Shown here piece after piece: positions 41,866 through 55,650 of a stretch of DNA of 64,000 nucleotides. The notes beneath the pieces were generated by a model. The model worked only from the letters and a program-made list of their open reading frames with translations, ran no database searches and had not been told where the DNA came from. Positions within the stretch are counted from its first letter, which is position 1; each line of letters begins with the position of its first letter. Source of the DNA: the human T2T-CHM13v2.0 reference genome, Homo sapiens; NCBI RefSeq assembly GCF_009914755.1, contig NC_060938.1. One strand, given 5' to 3'. A program made the translations under genes and the position numbers.

Positions 41866-42142
41866 ACCATCGCTGTCCAATAGAAACAAAATGTGGGTAA
41901 CATTCATTTTCTAATAGCCACATGGAAAACTACAAAGAAACAGGTGACATTAATCATGTATTTCATTTAACCCAACACGTAATAAATATAAGATTATTGA
42001 GTTATTTTACATTTTTTTAATACTGAGTTTTAAAAATCTTGTGTGTTTTGTAGACTTCATGGCACAATTTAATGGGGATTGGTTTTAATTACAAGTGCTT
42101 GATAGCCACATAGAGCCAGTGGCTGCTGTACTGGACAGCACT
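41866..42142. mobile_element. MER33/MER3-like hAT-Charlie MITE
   Basis: gctgtccaataga start; tagccacat...agtggct...tggacagcac end. Confidence 0.8.
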
Positions 42143-42950
42143 TTACAGAGCATAACAAACTGAGTCCCAGTCCATATCCTCAAAAAGAAGAGTCCTGGTG
42201 CCTGTCTGCACAGTATCTTGAAGAGGTGTGTCATCACTGACCTCCTGCACTGTAATCCCCAAATGTCACTCTTTTTGAGAAATCTGATATATTCGTACTT
42301 TCATAAAGCTGAGAGAGCAATGTAAACCCTACAGATTAACTCTGGAGAGGAACTTGCCTGTCCATCCAGTTGGTACCTATAGCAGAACACCCAGCTGATG
42401 TAAACAGGGTGATTTTACTGGAATGATTCCCAGTATAAGGTATCGTGACAGAATCTGGTGTTTAGAAGCAAAGGAGAAGGATGGTTTCAGTTCTAAAACT
42501 CTTACCCTTCTGTGGGAACAGGTAACCTCAGTAGAAGTATGATTGCTATATGAGAGAGGGCAAAATACAAGAATTGTGACTATACAAATTCAACATTCAT
42601 ATTGAAAGCATTCTGCCAAACAGTGGTTCCATGGGTGAGAAACCCATGAAGTATGTGATGTGTGATTAAGATGTGTTCATTTTCCCTTTATCCTCAATCT
42701 GTCATCTGTACCTTTTTATTATTGCTCAGCTGGCTTGATGCTGGAAGCCTCTTGACCTTTCACTAAATAGGCTGACTGCAGACTGATAAGAACTATGGGT
42801 CTATTTTTATGCTGGTATGTGTCAGAGACCTGTTGACCTGGATGCAAACCTTTTCCAAAATCAATCATCTTCCTCCCTGACTCCACGGCAACTTCCCCCA
42901 CTCTACTCTACCTCAGCCCAACCCTAAATAGACATTAAAACCAAGTAACT

Positions 42951-43262
42951 GGCCTTGCCGAGGTGGCTCACGCCTGTAATCCCAGCACTTTGGGAGCCCG
43001 AGGCAGGTGGATCACAAGGTCAGGAGTTCAAAACCAGCCTGGCCAAGATGGTGAAACCCCATCTCTACTAAAAATACAAAAAAAGTAGCCAGGTGTGGTG
43101 GCAGGCACATGCAATCCTAGCTACTTGGGAGGCAGAGGCTGAGAATTGCTTGAACCCAGGAGGCAGAGCTTGCAGTGAGCCAAGATTGCGCCACTGCACT
43201 CCAGCCTGGGCGACAGAGCAAGACTCTATCTTGGAAAACAAAACAAAACAAACAAACAAAAA
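42951..43262 (+). mobile_element. AluS, full length
   Basis: Dimeric Alu with (CAAA)n tail. Confidence 0.93.
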
Positions 43263-43364
43263 CAAGCAATCATGCAGGGAGAGGCTTGACAAGCAGGAGA
43301 TATATCTCAACCCAAGAGATGAAAAATTCATCTATAAAATTTGACAACATAGCCAGTTTCTTTT

Positions 43365-43860
43365 GGTTCCATCCACAAATTTACTTACTAGTACTGAGCA
43401 TATGCCACACACCATGCTAGATACCATATTCACAAAGCTGAATAATAGATGGTCACTAACCTCAAAGTCCTACCATCTAGTGGGAGAGTAGACAAACATA
43501 AATGCAGGACAATGTGGCAAGGGCCATGATAGGGATGCATGAGGACACAATGGGAGTGCAGAGGAGGCCTCATGCAGGCCTCTGTGAGAAAGAACATGAG
43601 AGCTGAGGATGGAAGGATTCATTACATTCAGCTGGGTGAGGAAATAGGAAATGTGATTAAAGGATGATGGAAGAATATGAAGGTTCATCAGATTAATCAA
43701 TATGGCTGACACTGGCATGAAGGTTGTATGTAGCGGTAGGGAAAAGGGTGGCTAGAAATGAGCAGGGGGAGGAGGGAGCAGGAGGTTGAATAGTAAAGAA
43801 GTAAGCAGAAACCAGATCACTAAAGGCTTACAAACCTAACCAGAGTTTTGACTTCTGTCC
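43365..43860 (-). mobile_element. L2 3' portion
   Basis: tactgagca, cctcaaag..taccatctagtgggaga, agctgag..tggaagga, ccagatcac motifs. Confidence 0.65.
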
Positions 43861-46800
43861 TGGGGCCAAGGGGAGCAGACCCTGTACCCACTAGCCCATG
43901 GGTATCTAGCCCAACAGCCCAGCATCTGCAGCAGAACCTACTCTTAGCTGTCTGCTCTTTTCTGCTTTGGACCTCTTTCTTCTTTGGCTCCTTCCTCTCC
44001 TTGAGAGAGTGCCATTGCATGTTCTTAACTCAGGGACCACCTGTGTGAGAAAATACCAGAGACTAATACAAGTGAATGCTTCCTTTAGTTTCTGAGAGCC
44101 TGTGAGTAGCAGTTACAGGGCCTCACACAGGAGCTGCTGGCTGAATGCCAACAGGCTGCCAGGTGTGCATCTGCACCAGTTCCCCCTCAGCAAGTCTCTC
44201 TAGGTGATGTGTTTACTTCAATTCTTTCTGTGTCTGAGAAACAAGATTGCAAATAGGTGAACTGCCGAGAAAAGAGAATGCAAATCTGCTGTTGGGGACA
44301 CAGTCAACTTGTAAAAAGCAATGATTCAATGAAATTGTAGGATGGAATTTGACAAAATTCCTGAAAGAAAGTGAAGGGAAAGAAAAGTAAACAGAAGAAA
44401 ACCAGAAATCAACTTTTTCTAACAGGGCCATTTTTGGCCACTAGTGGAGGTCTTGACATGAAGAATAAAAATGATATCAAGGGACTACAAATGGTGCTGT
44501 CTGAGCCTCATTTTTACCAGGGAAAACTAGAACCATATTTGAAAGCAGACTGGATAACCAAACATACATTGTCAACAACTTCATCCAGAGATGGAAAACA
44601 CTGAGCCCAGCAGACTACCTGGAAAGAGTTCACACACTGTGGGTGAAGCTGGGAAGGAGGAGGTTGTTGAAATCACCACATTCAGTTCTCAGCACCTTAT
44701 GGAACTTCAGGGGCCACACTGAGTGGAAGTCAGTGTGCTGTTCAGAAAACTCATCGTGATGCATGAATGGTGTTCTCTCACCCTGCTTCCAAGATAATCA
44801 AACAGCTGGTTATCTTGTCTCCACGCTTTGCCCACTGACGGTCTGATCTTTTATTCAGCATTTATTGAACACAACTGCCTTTGATCTGAGGTCAGGTAGT
44901 GCTGTGAAGGCCATGAAAAGAGCAAATCAATTACTCACAAATGGCAGGTGTCTTCACAAAAGATAAAGGGGGTGGTTCATGCCCTTGTGGCCTAGTCCCA
45001 ATCCCACAGACCAATATCTATGTGCATATTTAATTGCTCTCAAACTGATAGCTATGTAGCAGAAAAATCAAGACAGGTACACCTACTAGCAGGAAGATTA
45101 GATTCTTGGCCCAGAGGAGAAAACAAACAAAAGGGGTCACAGAAAAATCTTAAATTAATTAGAATCAGTTAAGAAAAGTGAAAATTCAGTTTCACCTTTC
45201 AAATCTGAAATCAGTTTCAGAAAGGTGAAATCCCTTCCAGAAAAGGTGTATGCTCACTCTTCGGAAGTTGGCTGACAGGGTTAGCATCTTGCCCAATATT
45301 CTTTCTTTCCTCTTAACAGAACCCTGATTCTGGCACTGGGGGTGGGGTGTGAGGCAAGAAGGCTGGGAAATCTGTTTTCAATCTCACCGTACTCACAACT
45401 ACAGTGGCCAATGAAACGCACTTGGAAGTCACTTGGGTTTCTGGCAGGACTCACTGAAAGCTGATCTGATCCTTTTGTCTTCTGCCCTGCCCCTTCTTCC
45501 TTTCTGAAAGGCAAGTGTGGCCCTGCAGGTGGCCCATACTTCTTGCAACTACAGGCAACTGAAGGCAGGTAAGGCAGAAGAACAGAGGTACCCACCTGGA
45601 CTCCTGTGAGAAAAAAATAAACTGACTTACTGAAGCCACTGCTTCTTTGGGCTTTTCACTGGGTACAGCTGAATGGAAACCTAACTGATGATTCATTCTA
45701 AATGTTTCATCAGAAGCAAAACCTTAAATTTTCACATTTTTCAGTTTTATGTTCCTTATGAAATTTAGTAATTAAATTCTGAATTATTTGTTAAAAAGGT
45801 AAACTCAATGGAAACTGCCAGGTTTACTTCTGAAGGAGGACATTTGAAAACATAATTGCTATAAATAATAAAACCAGTTTTTCTTCAGAACTGAACTGAA
45901 TATATTTAATAAAATGTACTGCTATGTAATTGGATTACAACATTCAGAAAGGAATAAAAATTTGTTTCAGTGGTTAGAATAATGTCTATATCTTGATCTT
46001 TAAATAAATCACTAAAAATTTTGAACGGTAGGAGCTCTAGCTTTGACTCTGAAGTACCAAAGAACTGAAATAAAAACATATTTCCTTATTTAAAAAGGGT
46101 AATTTGGTGATTTGAAATAGTTACTTATTTACATATCATTGAAATTCATTGTTGCTTTTTTGTATTAAGCAACATGATTTTCTTAAATGCTTTGTTTTCC
46201 CTCCCCAAAAAATTTTAAACAGAAATTAGTGTTGGTTTTTATTGCTAATTTGTTTTTGTCCTCACCTTTCTCCATATTTCTTTAGCCAGTCAAAATGTAG
46301 CATCCTCCACAAGAAGAGGCTCAGGCTATGCAACAAAAAGCTATCACTTCAAGGAACCAACGAGTGAAAACAGGTTGACAATTCATTTTATCACATTCAA
46401 AGACGGAGAAACAGTAAAGCTCGGAGGAACCTATTGAGTTCTGCCACCGCACGGAAGGTATCATCCCATCCTCAAGCTTGGGCACGCTGACCACCTAGGA
46501 AAGCAGCAAGCTGGGCAGACTCCAACCTCAGGCAGAGGTAAATAAACACAGCCATTTTTCTTCTTGCTTTAAAACATCCAAGGAAAAAATTCTAACTAAA
46601 GTTATTTTTAAACACATCATGGCGGAAAAGCCCTTACCCCATCAGACACACAGAGCCAGGGCTCTGCTGGGAGCACATAGGGGATATGGGAGAGAGTTTC
46701 CTTGGTAGTTCATAGTGTTCACCAGTGAAAATGCGACTGCCTCAAACAGACATGGCATTTTGTCATGTTCAGATCAAAACTGGAGATGCTGGAATTAGAA

Positions 46801-47089
46801 GGGGATTTGGGATCTTTTTGTCCAGTACTCTGGGTTTGCCTACCTAAGTTGTTAATGAGTTTTAAACCAAGGTCTTCGATCCGGGGCTCTCATCACTACA
46901 CTAGACTATGAAGACTTATAGCATGAAACTTAACACATAACCACTGCACTGCTGTCCTAGGTTTTGGACCATCTTCTTCACCTGTTTTGTAGGACAGTAC
47001 TCTCCATTGCTTTATGGAAGGCATACTAGAAGAGCTTCTAGGTCATTACATGAGCATGGGGAGTTTGTTTGGAGTGTGAAAAGAGTGTG

Positions 47090-47225
47090 AAAAGATTCAG
47101 GGCCTGAATCTTAGCCCTGACTCTGCCACTAGCAAACAATAAGATCTCAGAGATTCTACTTGCTAGGCTTGTACTTCCTGTTGGCAACATGAGAGCAACA
47201 GACTCAGTGCTCTCCAAGGCTTTTA
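47090..47225 (+). mobile_element. MIR3/MIR fragment
   Basis: cctgaatcttagccctgactctgccactag. Confidence 0.5.
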
Positions 47226-47317
47226 ATTCAACAAAGTGCTTATTAAGTAACTAATCCATGCGTGATGTCTTGAAAGCTTTTGTGTCTCCAAGGGCTCACA
47301 ATTTATTGGCTATAAAA

Positions 47318-48050
<733 letters not shown>

Positions 48051-48539
48051 AAGCAGTGTAATAAGAACTATAAGCTAATAAACTTTCTCTAGAAAAGGGA
48101 AAGTGACTTCCAGGGAGACACGCTGGATTTGAGAATAGTCAAAACGGTTGAACTCAAGAGAGTAGAACAATGATGTGGATCGATTAAAGAAAAAGATCTG
48201 AAAACGTTTATGCTAATATCTGGTGGATCGAGACATACACCTTCTTAGAGGAAGTATGTGGCAATTAACACCTAACAGAAAGCCAAGATGTTGAATATCT
48301 GAAACCAAAGGAACATAAACTCAACTATTCTTTATTTCAACAAGTCTTTGAGTCTACTCTTTATACAAATGTATGAGAGAAACAAATATGAAAAAATGTG
48401 TAACAGTAGCACTGTTTATGGGATATTTTCTATATTCTGGGCAGTTTCTGTAAAATTTTATTTTCCTGTCAGAACTACCCTACAAAGTAAATATAACAGT
48501 ACTAGAAATAGCCCCTAACACTTATTGATCATAGCATTG

Positions 48540-49150
48540 AGAATGTAGAAAAAGATAAATGTGAAAGAGGGCCCAGGCGAGAGTCCTAAGAGTGTCCAAA
48601 TTTAAGAATTAAGGTACAGGAGATCTGCAATGGAGACAAAACCAAAAGCAAGTGGTGGGGTAGAAAGGTAACCAAGATAAAATATGGTATGTTTGATGCC
48701 AAAAGGGAAAAAATTGAAGGCAGAGAAGGATTGACTATGATGAATGCTACTGAGAGATTGGTGAAAGAGGACTGGAAAAGTAGCCGTTGGCTTAGGGAAC
48801 ACAGGGGCACCCCATAACCTCATCAGGAGCAGGAATCAAGTACGGAGGGTCTCAGTCAGACCAAAGTGGGTTAAAGGGTGAAGAAGAAATTACAAGTGCC
48901 CAAGGCAAGTGCAAATGTCTCTCCAAGAAAGGGAGAAGAAGAGAGGTTGGCAGAGGGCCTGGAGTCCTGAATAGATTATTTTTTAATGGGCGACACAAAA
49001 GCATTGTTGGTACATAATGGGAACAGTTTCATAGGGCAGATTGGAGAGAAGATAAATGGAAGAGCAATCCTTGAGAAATTAAGAGGGTATGGGATACAGA
49101 GTATTCAGGAAGGGGCTAGCCTTTGTAAAGAGGGAGAAGACCGAGATGAC
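48540..49150 (-). mobile_element. L2 fragment (degenerate)
   Basis: gcaatggagac, aatgctactgagag, gaggactggaaa, gtgggttaaagggtga. Confidence 0.5.
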
Positions 49151-50795
49151 TGGGCCCAGGATTTTTAGCAGTTGGATGACAAGACTGGAGCTTTTGTAAC
49201 TCAAAATGAAAAGCTACATAGCATGAGTTACTAAAAAATTGCTCTGAAGAAACAATCTGAGAAAGTAAAGGCAGAGTCATGGCCCAGTCAAGTGCTTATT
49301 ATCTAGAAAATTGAAAGTGGCCCGTATATCGGTAAAAGTCTCCCCAAATAATCTACTCTTGCTTAAAAAGGTGAAAGGGGTCTTTGGAAATAGAAAGCAA
49401 AGGAGAAAAGGAATATTAATAGAGAGCTCCATATGTGAAGGGAAAGCAAAATAATTCACAGTTTTCTGATTCTCTGGGACCAAATGGGTTTGAATAAGAA
49501 GCTGTGGCTTATGCTCAGGCAGGAATGACAGCCATGATGGGAACAGCCCACAGAAGGGAACACAGATGGCATTTTGAAGAAAATAGGGACTGAGAGCACA
49601 ACGTGGTGAAAGAGACGGCGATGGAGAAGTAAATCAGAAAACTCAGAACAATTTCAACAGAATGCCAGGAGGCAGAGCATTACACATTCTTAAGAATGAC
49701 GCGCAAAGACCAATTATTGATAAGAAGAGTCACTGCCAACTACATCGGTAAGAAGTCAGGAATGAGAGGAAGAGTATCATTCACGCATCAGTTACACAAA
49801 TCAGAGGTGTTTCCACAAACACAACTTCTATGCTTAGACACTAAGCGTTCTTCACACATGGGGAAAACTGACTAAAAATAATGGCTGGGGAATGGGCTGT
49901 TCAACTTAATAGTAAACTGGCAGTGATTGGATAAGAATGTGTAATATTATAGCTAAAGTTTAATGACAAAAAAAGCCCAAATCCACACATTTCCCAATTG
50001 CAGAATGACATTATCACATCCAAACAGTCTTCTTGAAAGGGAATGCCTTCACTCTACATGCCACTTCTCAAGATGTACCTTTTATTTGTAAGGATCCACA
50101 CTCTAAAGTATCATCTTGTTATATAAACTCATATTTCTACACAGATTGATTTCTGCCTTCACAAAGATTGCTCAGATTTTCACTAGTGACTGACAGTTTC
50201 TCAAGTCAGATCCATTTCCAATCTGAAAACAAACATTAATTTAAAACAAAACGGCAGTCTCCATATGCAGTATCCTTTGCCTTAGTATTACACAGAGGGC
50301 ACAGAGTGCTACATCCATGAAGATGGGAGTGAGAAAAGGCGCCAATCCCACTTCTCTCCGGAGAAAGCAAAAATGTTTCAAAGGGACTTGCACTTTGAAA
50401 TAGCTCTACAATTCGTGAAGATCCATTTTCAAACTCACAGGGGAAAAGTTTAAAAAGGCAAGGCTTCACTGAGGCTTCTAGGTGGTGGCATTACCTGGTA
50501 CCTGGACCCAAAGAATCTCCAAGGAAAACTATAATGGTTATGAAAAACCTTGACTTTATGCTCTTTATGGACACTTTTCACCTGCCTCTCTAAGTGCAGA
50601 GATCTGATGTTTTGCACAGAGAATCTATGGGAAGTGCCAGGAGCTCAGGCTGTAGGGCAGCACTCTGTGGCATGAAGGTTCCTCACACTCAGTAACAGAC
50701 TGTTACTGGCCCAAATAGGGACCACCTGACACTATGCTCACATAGTTGATTTTCTGAGTTCAGAGAACTCTCTTGAAATGGGAAAACTAGGTGAC

Positions 50796-50835
50796 AACTG
50801 TCCTCTGACTGTGAGAACTGTCCTCTGACCATGAG
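50796..50835. repeat. 2 x 20-bp tandem duplication
   Basis: aactgtcctctgactgtgag / aactgtcctctgaccatgag. Confidence 0.8.
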
Positions 50836-51905
50836 CACATGGAGCAAGCACCATGTTTACTGATTCTTAACAAAGTTTCTCTTCTTTTGTTGCTATCTCA
50901 GCAGGGGTTCTCCTGGATTAACCAGAGACCGCTAGGTTGTAGAGTTTATCCTTAACAACACTTTCAAAAATTAATAGCAGGTAATAGAGGAAAATAGAAT
51001 ATTTTGTCTCAGTATAATTTTTTAAAATGTTGAGTCTGTCACACATAACAATAAAGACACAATTAGTGTGACTGATTATTAATTTTCTCTAAGTACTGAA
51101 GGAGATGAATTTTTTCCATGTTACAGAAACCTATTACACAGCATAAAATAGGGAATACGATCTAGGAGGCATCCTAAAATCGATCCCAATTTCTTTCTAA
51201 TACGTTGGTGCACATCTTGATACTCGGTGTCATAGTGACATCAATGGGGGAGAGGAGGGCACACAGAGTAGCTGGAAAGATAAGGAAAGAACTAAAAGGA
51301 AAAAGGCATGAAATCCAACTGAATTGGTACTAAATTCAACACGAAAAAGTAGAGAGTAAGCACCATTAGAGCAAACATTTTATTTTACAGACAAATGCTG
51401 TTTATAGTTGGATACTTCATTACACAATGCCAGTATTTTAACATCTAATATCTTTTATTTAAAAATATTAATAGAAGTGTAAAATGCCTGAGCCAGAAGG
51501 GGAGCCCTTTCTCTAAATTGAGTAATGATTATCTCTTCCCAAGTTTAAAGTTTTTAAATCTTCATAATTTCAGAGAAATGCAGAAACTAAAGAGGATTCT
51601 GTAGAAGGGTAACAGACAACTAAAGAGATGGAAAGTGGGTACTTGAGTTAAGCACTAAGTGGCCTTGAAAAGACAAGACTGAGAGGCACCTCAGCAACTG
51701 TGTTCTAGATTGCTTAGAGCTCTTCCCAAAGGAATCATGGCAAACCATGCTCCATTTTCCTCACAGTGAGAGAGAGACGCACGGAAGATAGTTATAAACA
51801 GATAATTTATAAATGGAAATATTTCTCGAATGTAGAATGAGTGAGAAAATTGCCTTTAATCTGGCCAAAATCTATTTCTTTAAAATTTCAGATTAATAAA
51901 AATAG

Positions 51906-52331
51906 TGTTAAATTAAATTTAGCCTAAAGCTGCCTCCTTACATATTTTAAGTTTACCCTAAAAGTTTCTCTCCAAATAATGAACTGTAACATAACTGGAT
52001 ATGTAAACAGGCTGTAAATTACTCCTGTAGTGTAACTGAGCCTCAGCCAATCACAGTGGCTGAGTTTCAGCCAATCACAGGTAGCCAGCTATTCAAACCG
52101 TGTTCAAATAAGGCAAATGCCTCACTGTAACCAATCTGGCTGTTCTGCACCTCACTTCTGTTTTCTGTACATCACTTTCCCTTTTTCTTTCCATAAATGT
52201 TATCTGACCATGTGGCAGCCCTGGAGTCACTCTGAACCCATTCTGGTTCTGGAGGCTTCCTGATTTGCCAACTGATCTTTGCTCAATTAAACTCTACTAA
52301 ATTTAGTCTATCTAAAATCTTTCTTTTAACA
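51906..52331 (+). mobile_element. MER57-family ERV1 solo LTR
   Basis: tgttaaattaaatttagcctaaagctgcctccttacat start, TG...CA termini, repeated cagccaatcacag, attaaa signal; near 4-bp TSD atag/attg. Confidence 0.88.
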
Positions 52332-52434
52332 ATTGTAACTGGCTTTCTTATACCTGTCAAATTTCAACTACAAATATTCATTCAATAACCCTCCCTGCTC
52401 AATAAATAATTTAAAATTAAAAATGATCACACAT

Positions 52435-52905
52435 GTGGAGCAACAGGCACTCTATACACTGCTGGTGAGAGTGTAAATTGGTACCACCTTTTGGAAATCT
52501 GTTTGGTATTATACACAGAAGCTGAAGAGGTACATACTCTTCAACTTAGCAATCATATTCCTGGTATATACCCAACAGAAATATGTAATTATATTTACCA
52601 AAAGACATGTACCAGAATGTTCACAGCAACACTATTTGTAATAACCAAACCCTCAAAAAGTTTAAATGTCAATGAACAATAGAATAAAATATAGCGGTAT
52701 GTTTTTATGATAGAATCCTATTCAGCAATGAGAATGACAAACTATAGCTACATGCAACAATATGGATAAATAAATCTCACAAACAATAGCGAGAGGGAAA
52801 AAAATCAAGCACTAATAGTACATATTCTAGGATTCTATTTATATAAAGTTATTAAATAGGCAAATCTACACTGTGGTGCTAAAGATCAAGATAACGGTTA
52901 TCCTC
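52435..52905 (+). mobile_element. Old L1 (L1ME-like) ORF2 end and 3' UTR
   Basis: cactgctggtgagagtgtaaattggtac, agaatgttcacagcaacactattt. Confidence 0.85.
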
Positions 52906-52979
52906 TGTCAATAATTACCATGTTATCTTTATCTTCTAGTACACATTGAGCTTCTCTAGACACAAAACTATTTAAAAAA

Positions 52980-53819
52980 TTTTTTTAAAGTTGTATTTTA
53001 AGTTCTGGGGTACATGTGCAGAATGTGCAGTTTTGTTATGTAGGTACACGCATGCCATGGTGGTTTGCTGCACCCATCAACCCGTCGCCTACATTAGGTA
53101 TTTCTCCCAATGCTATCCCTCCCCCAGTCCCCTTCCCGACAGGCCCCCCGTGTGTAATGTTCCCCTCCCTGTGTCCATGTGTTCTCACTGTTCAACTCCC
53201 ATTTATGAGTGAGAGCATGCGGTTTTGGTTTTCTGTTCTTGTGTTAGCTTGCTAACAATGATGGTTTCCAGCTTCATCCACGTCCCTGCAAAGGATATGA
53301 ACTCATCCTTTTTTATGGCTGCATAGTAGTCCATGGTGTATATGTGCCACATTTTCTTTATCCAGTCTATCATGGATGGACATTTGGGTTGGTTCCAAGT
53401 CTTTGCTATTGTGAATAGTGCTGCAATAAACATACGTGTGCATGTGTCTTTATAGTAGAATTATTTATAACCGTTTGGGTATATACCCAGTAATGGGATT
53501 GCTGGGTCAAATGGTATTTCTAGTTCTAGATCCTTAAGGAATTGCCACACTGTCTTCCACAATGGTTGGACTAATTAACACTCCCACCAACAGTGTAAAA
53601 GCGTTCCTATTTCTCCACATCCTCTCCAGCACATGTTGTTTCCGGACTTTTTAATGAGCGTCATTCTAACTGGCAAGAGATGGCATCTCATTGTGGTTTT
53701 GATTTGCATTTCTCTAATGACCAGTGATGATGAGCTTTTTTTCATGTTTGTTGGCAGCATAAATGTCTTCTTTTGAGAAATGTCTGTTCATGTCCTTTGC
53801 CCACTTTTTGATGGGGTTG
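52980..53819 (-). mobile_element. L1PA (PA7/8-like) 3' ~840 bp
   Basis: Reverse-strand L1 3' UTR plus ORF2 C-terminus (ORFs MFIAALFTIAKTWNQPKCPS and REMQIKTT...[14 protein letters not shown]). Confidence 0.95.
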
Positions 53820-54289
53820 ATACACAACTTCTAAAGTGCATGTTTACTTGAAAAATATATTCTCTTACATAGCCCTGAATGCCAAGCAACTCGATTATAT
53901 TACATGGCTTTACTGTATAATTTTTGGTCATTCTTCATTTAAAAAATTTCTTATGTGATGGAAAAATGTCAAGTTACATAATTATATATTTATATTTCTT
54001 TTTGTACAATAGCCAAACTGTTCAAACAGACAGTAAGTTCTTTGCTGTATTTTCACTATTTTAATCCTTCTGGTGTATAAAATGTGTTTCATCCTTTTAA
54101 ATAAAATATATTTGAAAAACAATTTTTATACTTTCTTTGAATTTACATCTATGAAATATAAATACACATCAGGCAATTGGGAAAGCTAAAACCCAAGTAA
54201 TATTTGATATTAAGGGATTTATTGTTGTGATACTGGTATTTTGATTGTGTTTTTAGCACATATTTAAAATACTTATATATATAATATAC

Positions 54290-54470
54290 ACATATAAAAA
54301 TATTAAAGAATGAAATGATATAATTTACATAAAAATAATCCAGTGAGAGGCAGTGGATGGGAAATAAATACAATATGACTGTCCAATAGAGCTAGTTACA
54401 TGGGGATTCATGATATTATTCTCTTTACTGTTACATATTTGTAATTTTTAATAAAAATATTTAAAAATAA
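54290..54470 (+). mobile_element. L1MC-like 3' terminus
   Basis: tacatggggattcatgatattattctc...tttgtaatttttaataaaaa. Confidence 0.55.
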
Positions 54471-54513
54471 TAATTACTTAGAAAATTCCATTAAGACAAA
54501 TAAGCTTATTTCA

Positions 54514-54563
54514 GGCTGCTCTGCTTAGGGGGTAGCCATTCTTTATCCCTTAAAAAAAAAAAA
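54514..54563 (+). mobile_element. 38-nt ERV1-LTR-like (MER41-like) fragment with poly(A), flanked by a 21-bp TSD
   Basis: aagacaaataagcttatttca at 54493-54513 and 54564-54584 flanks ggctgctctgcttagggggtagccattctttatccctt plus an A-run. Confidence 0.8.
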
Positions 54564-55296
54564 AAGACAAATAAGCTTATTTCAAACTTACTTAAATGCA
54601 CGTAGTTAATCTGTCGGCATGAATACAGTTATCAAATATTCACCTATCAATAGCATAGATTTTGTTCTAAACCTCCACAAAGGTCATTGCTAAATTTTGC
54701 CCAAATGTAAAACTGAGGAGTATTAATCTAAAATGTCATTTTGTACCTTTCTGAGTTTTTCTAGATAAAACTAAATTTTTGAAGGGGCAGAATTATAGCC
54801 ATTCATTCTCTGCAATCAGCATTTAATACTCTTAATCATACAAATTTGACCCCAACTCCACAGTTAAAACTCTCTTTGTCATTACAACAAAACTCCGTGT
54901 TGAAAGAATTTAAAGTATTGTTATACAAGGAAAAAATAGCACAGTAGGTAGCACAGTAGGAATCAGAAAAACACCTTATCTCACTAAGCATTAGGGAAAA
55001 AAGGTACGTTGTTTTCCCTCTTGATTTATTTAATGCTGTCCATAAATTTCATCAAATAAGTAAAAACAAAAGATGTGACCAGAGGGCATTCCAACTCAGA
55101 GGAGGAAACCATACCAGGAAGCTTTTGAGAGTAAGATATCCCCAACCATACTTTATTTCTTCATATATTCATGAGCATATGCAAATGCTCAATACAAAGA
55201 CATGTTCCTGCTCACATTTCTATTGTGTTTCTGATGGGGAGCATGAGGGTGAGAATGATGTCTTCTATACTTTCTACAGCATTCCTTTTTGTCTAA

Positions 55297-55650
55297 AGGA
55301 GGCCAGAAGGCCACACTCCATCTGGAGGCACTAGGAGAGAATCAGTTCCTTGCCCCTTCCCACTTCTGATAGCTGCCAACACTCCTTGACTCATGGCGAC
55401 ATCACCCCAATCTCTGCCTCCATATTCACATCGCTTTCTTCCCTGTGTGTCTCATCTCCCTTTGTGTCACTTGTATAAAGACACATGTGATGGCATGTAG
55501 GCGCAGCAGGATGACGATCCAGGGTAACCTCAGCTGAAAATCCTTAGTTACATCCACAAAGACCCTTTTTCCAAATATGGTGAACTTCACAGGTTGCCAG
55601 GATGAGGATGTAAACCTATCTTTGAGAGCCATTATCAGCCTCCCTCAACA
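55297..55650 (-). mobile_element. MLT1C-like LTR
   Basis: ggaggccagaag, ccaatctctgcctcc, aagaccctttttccaaata, cacagg. Confidence 0.8.
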
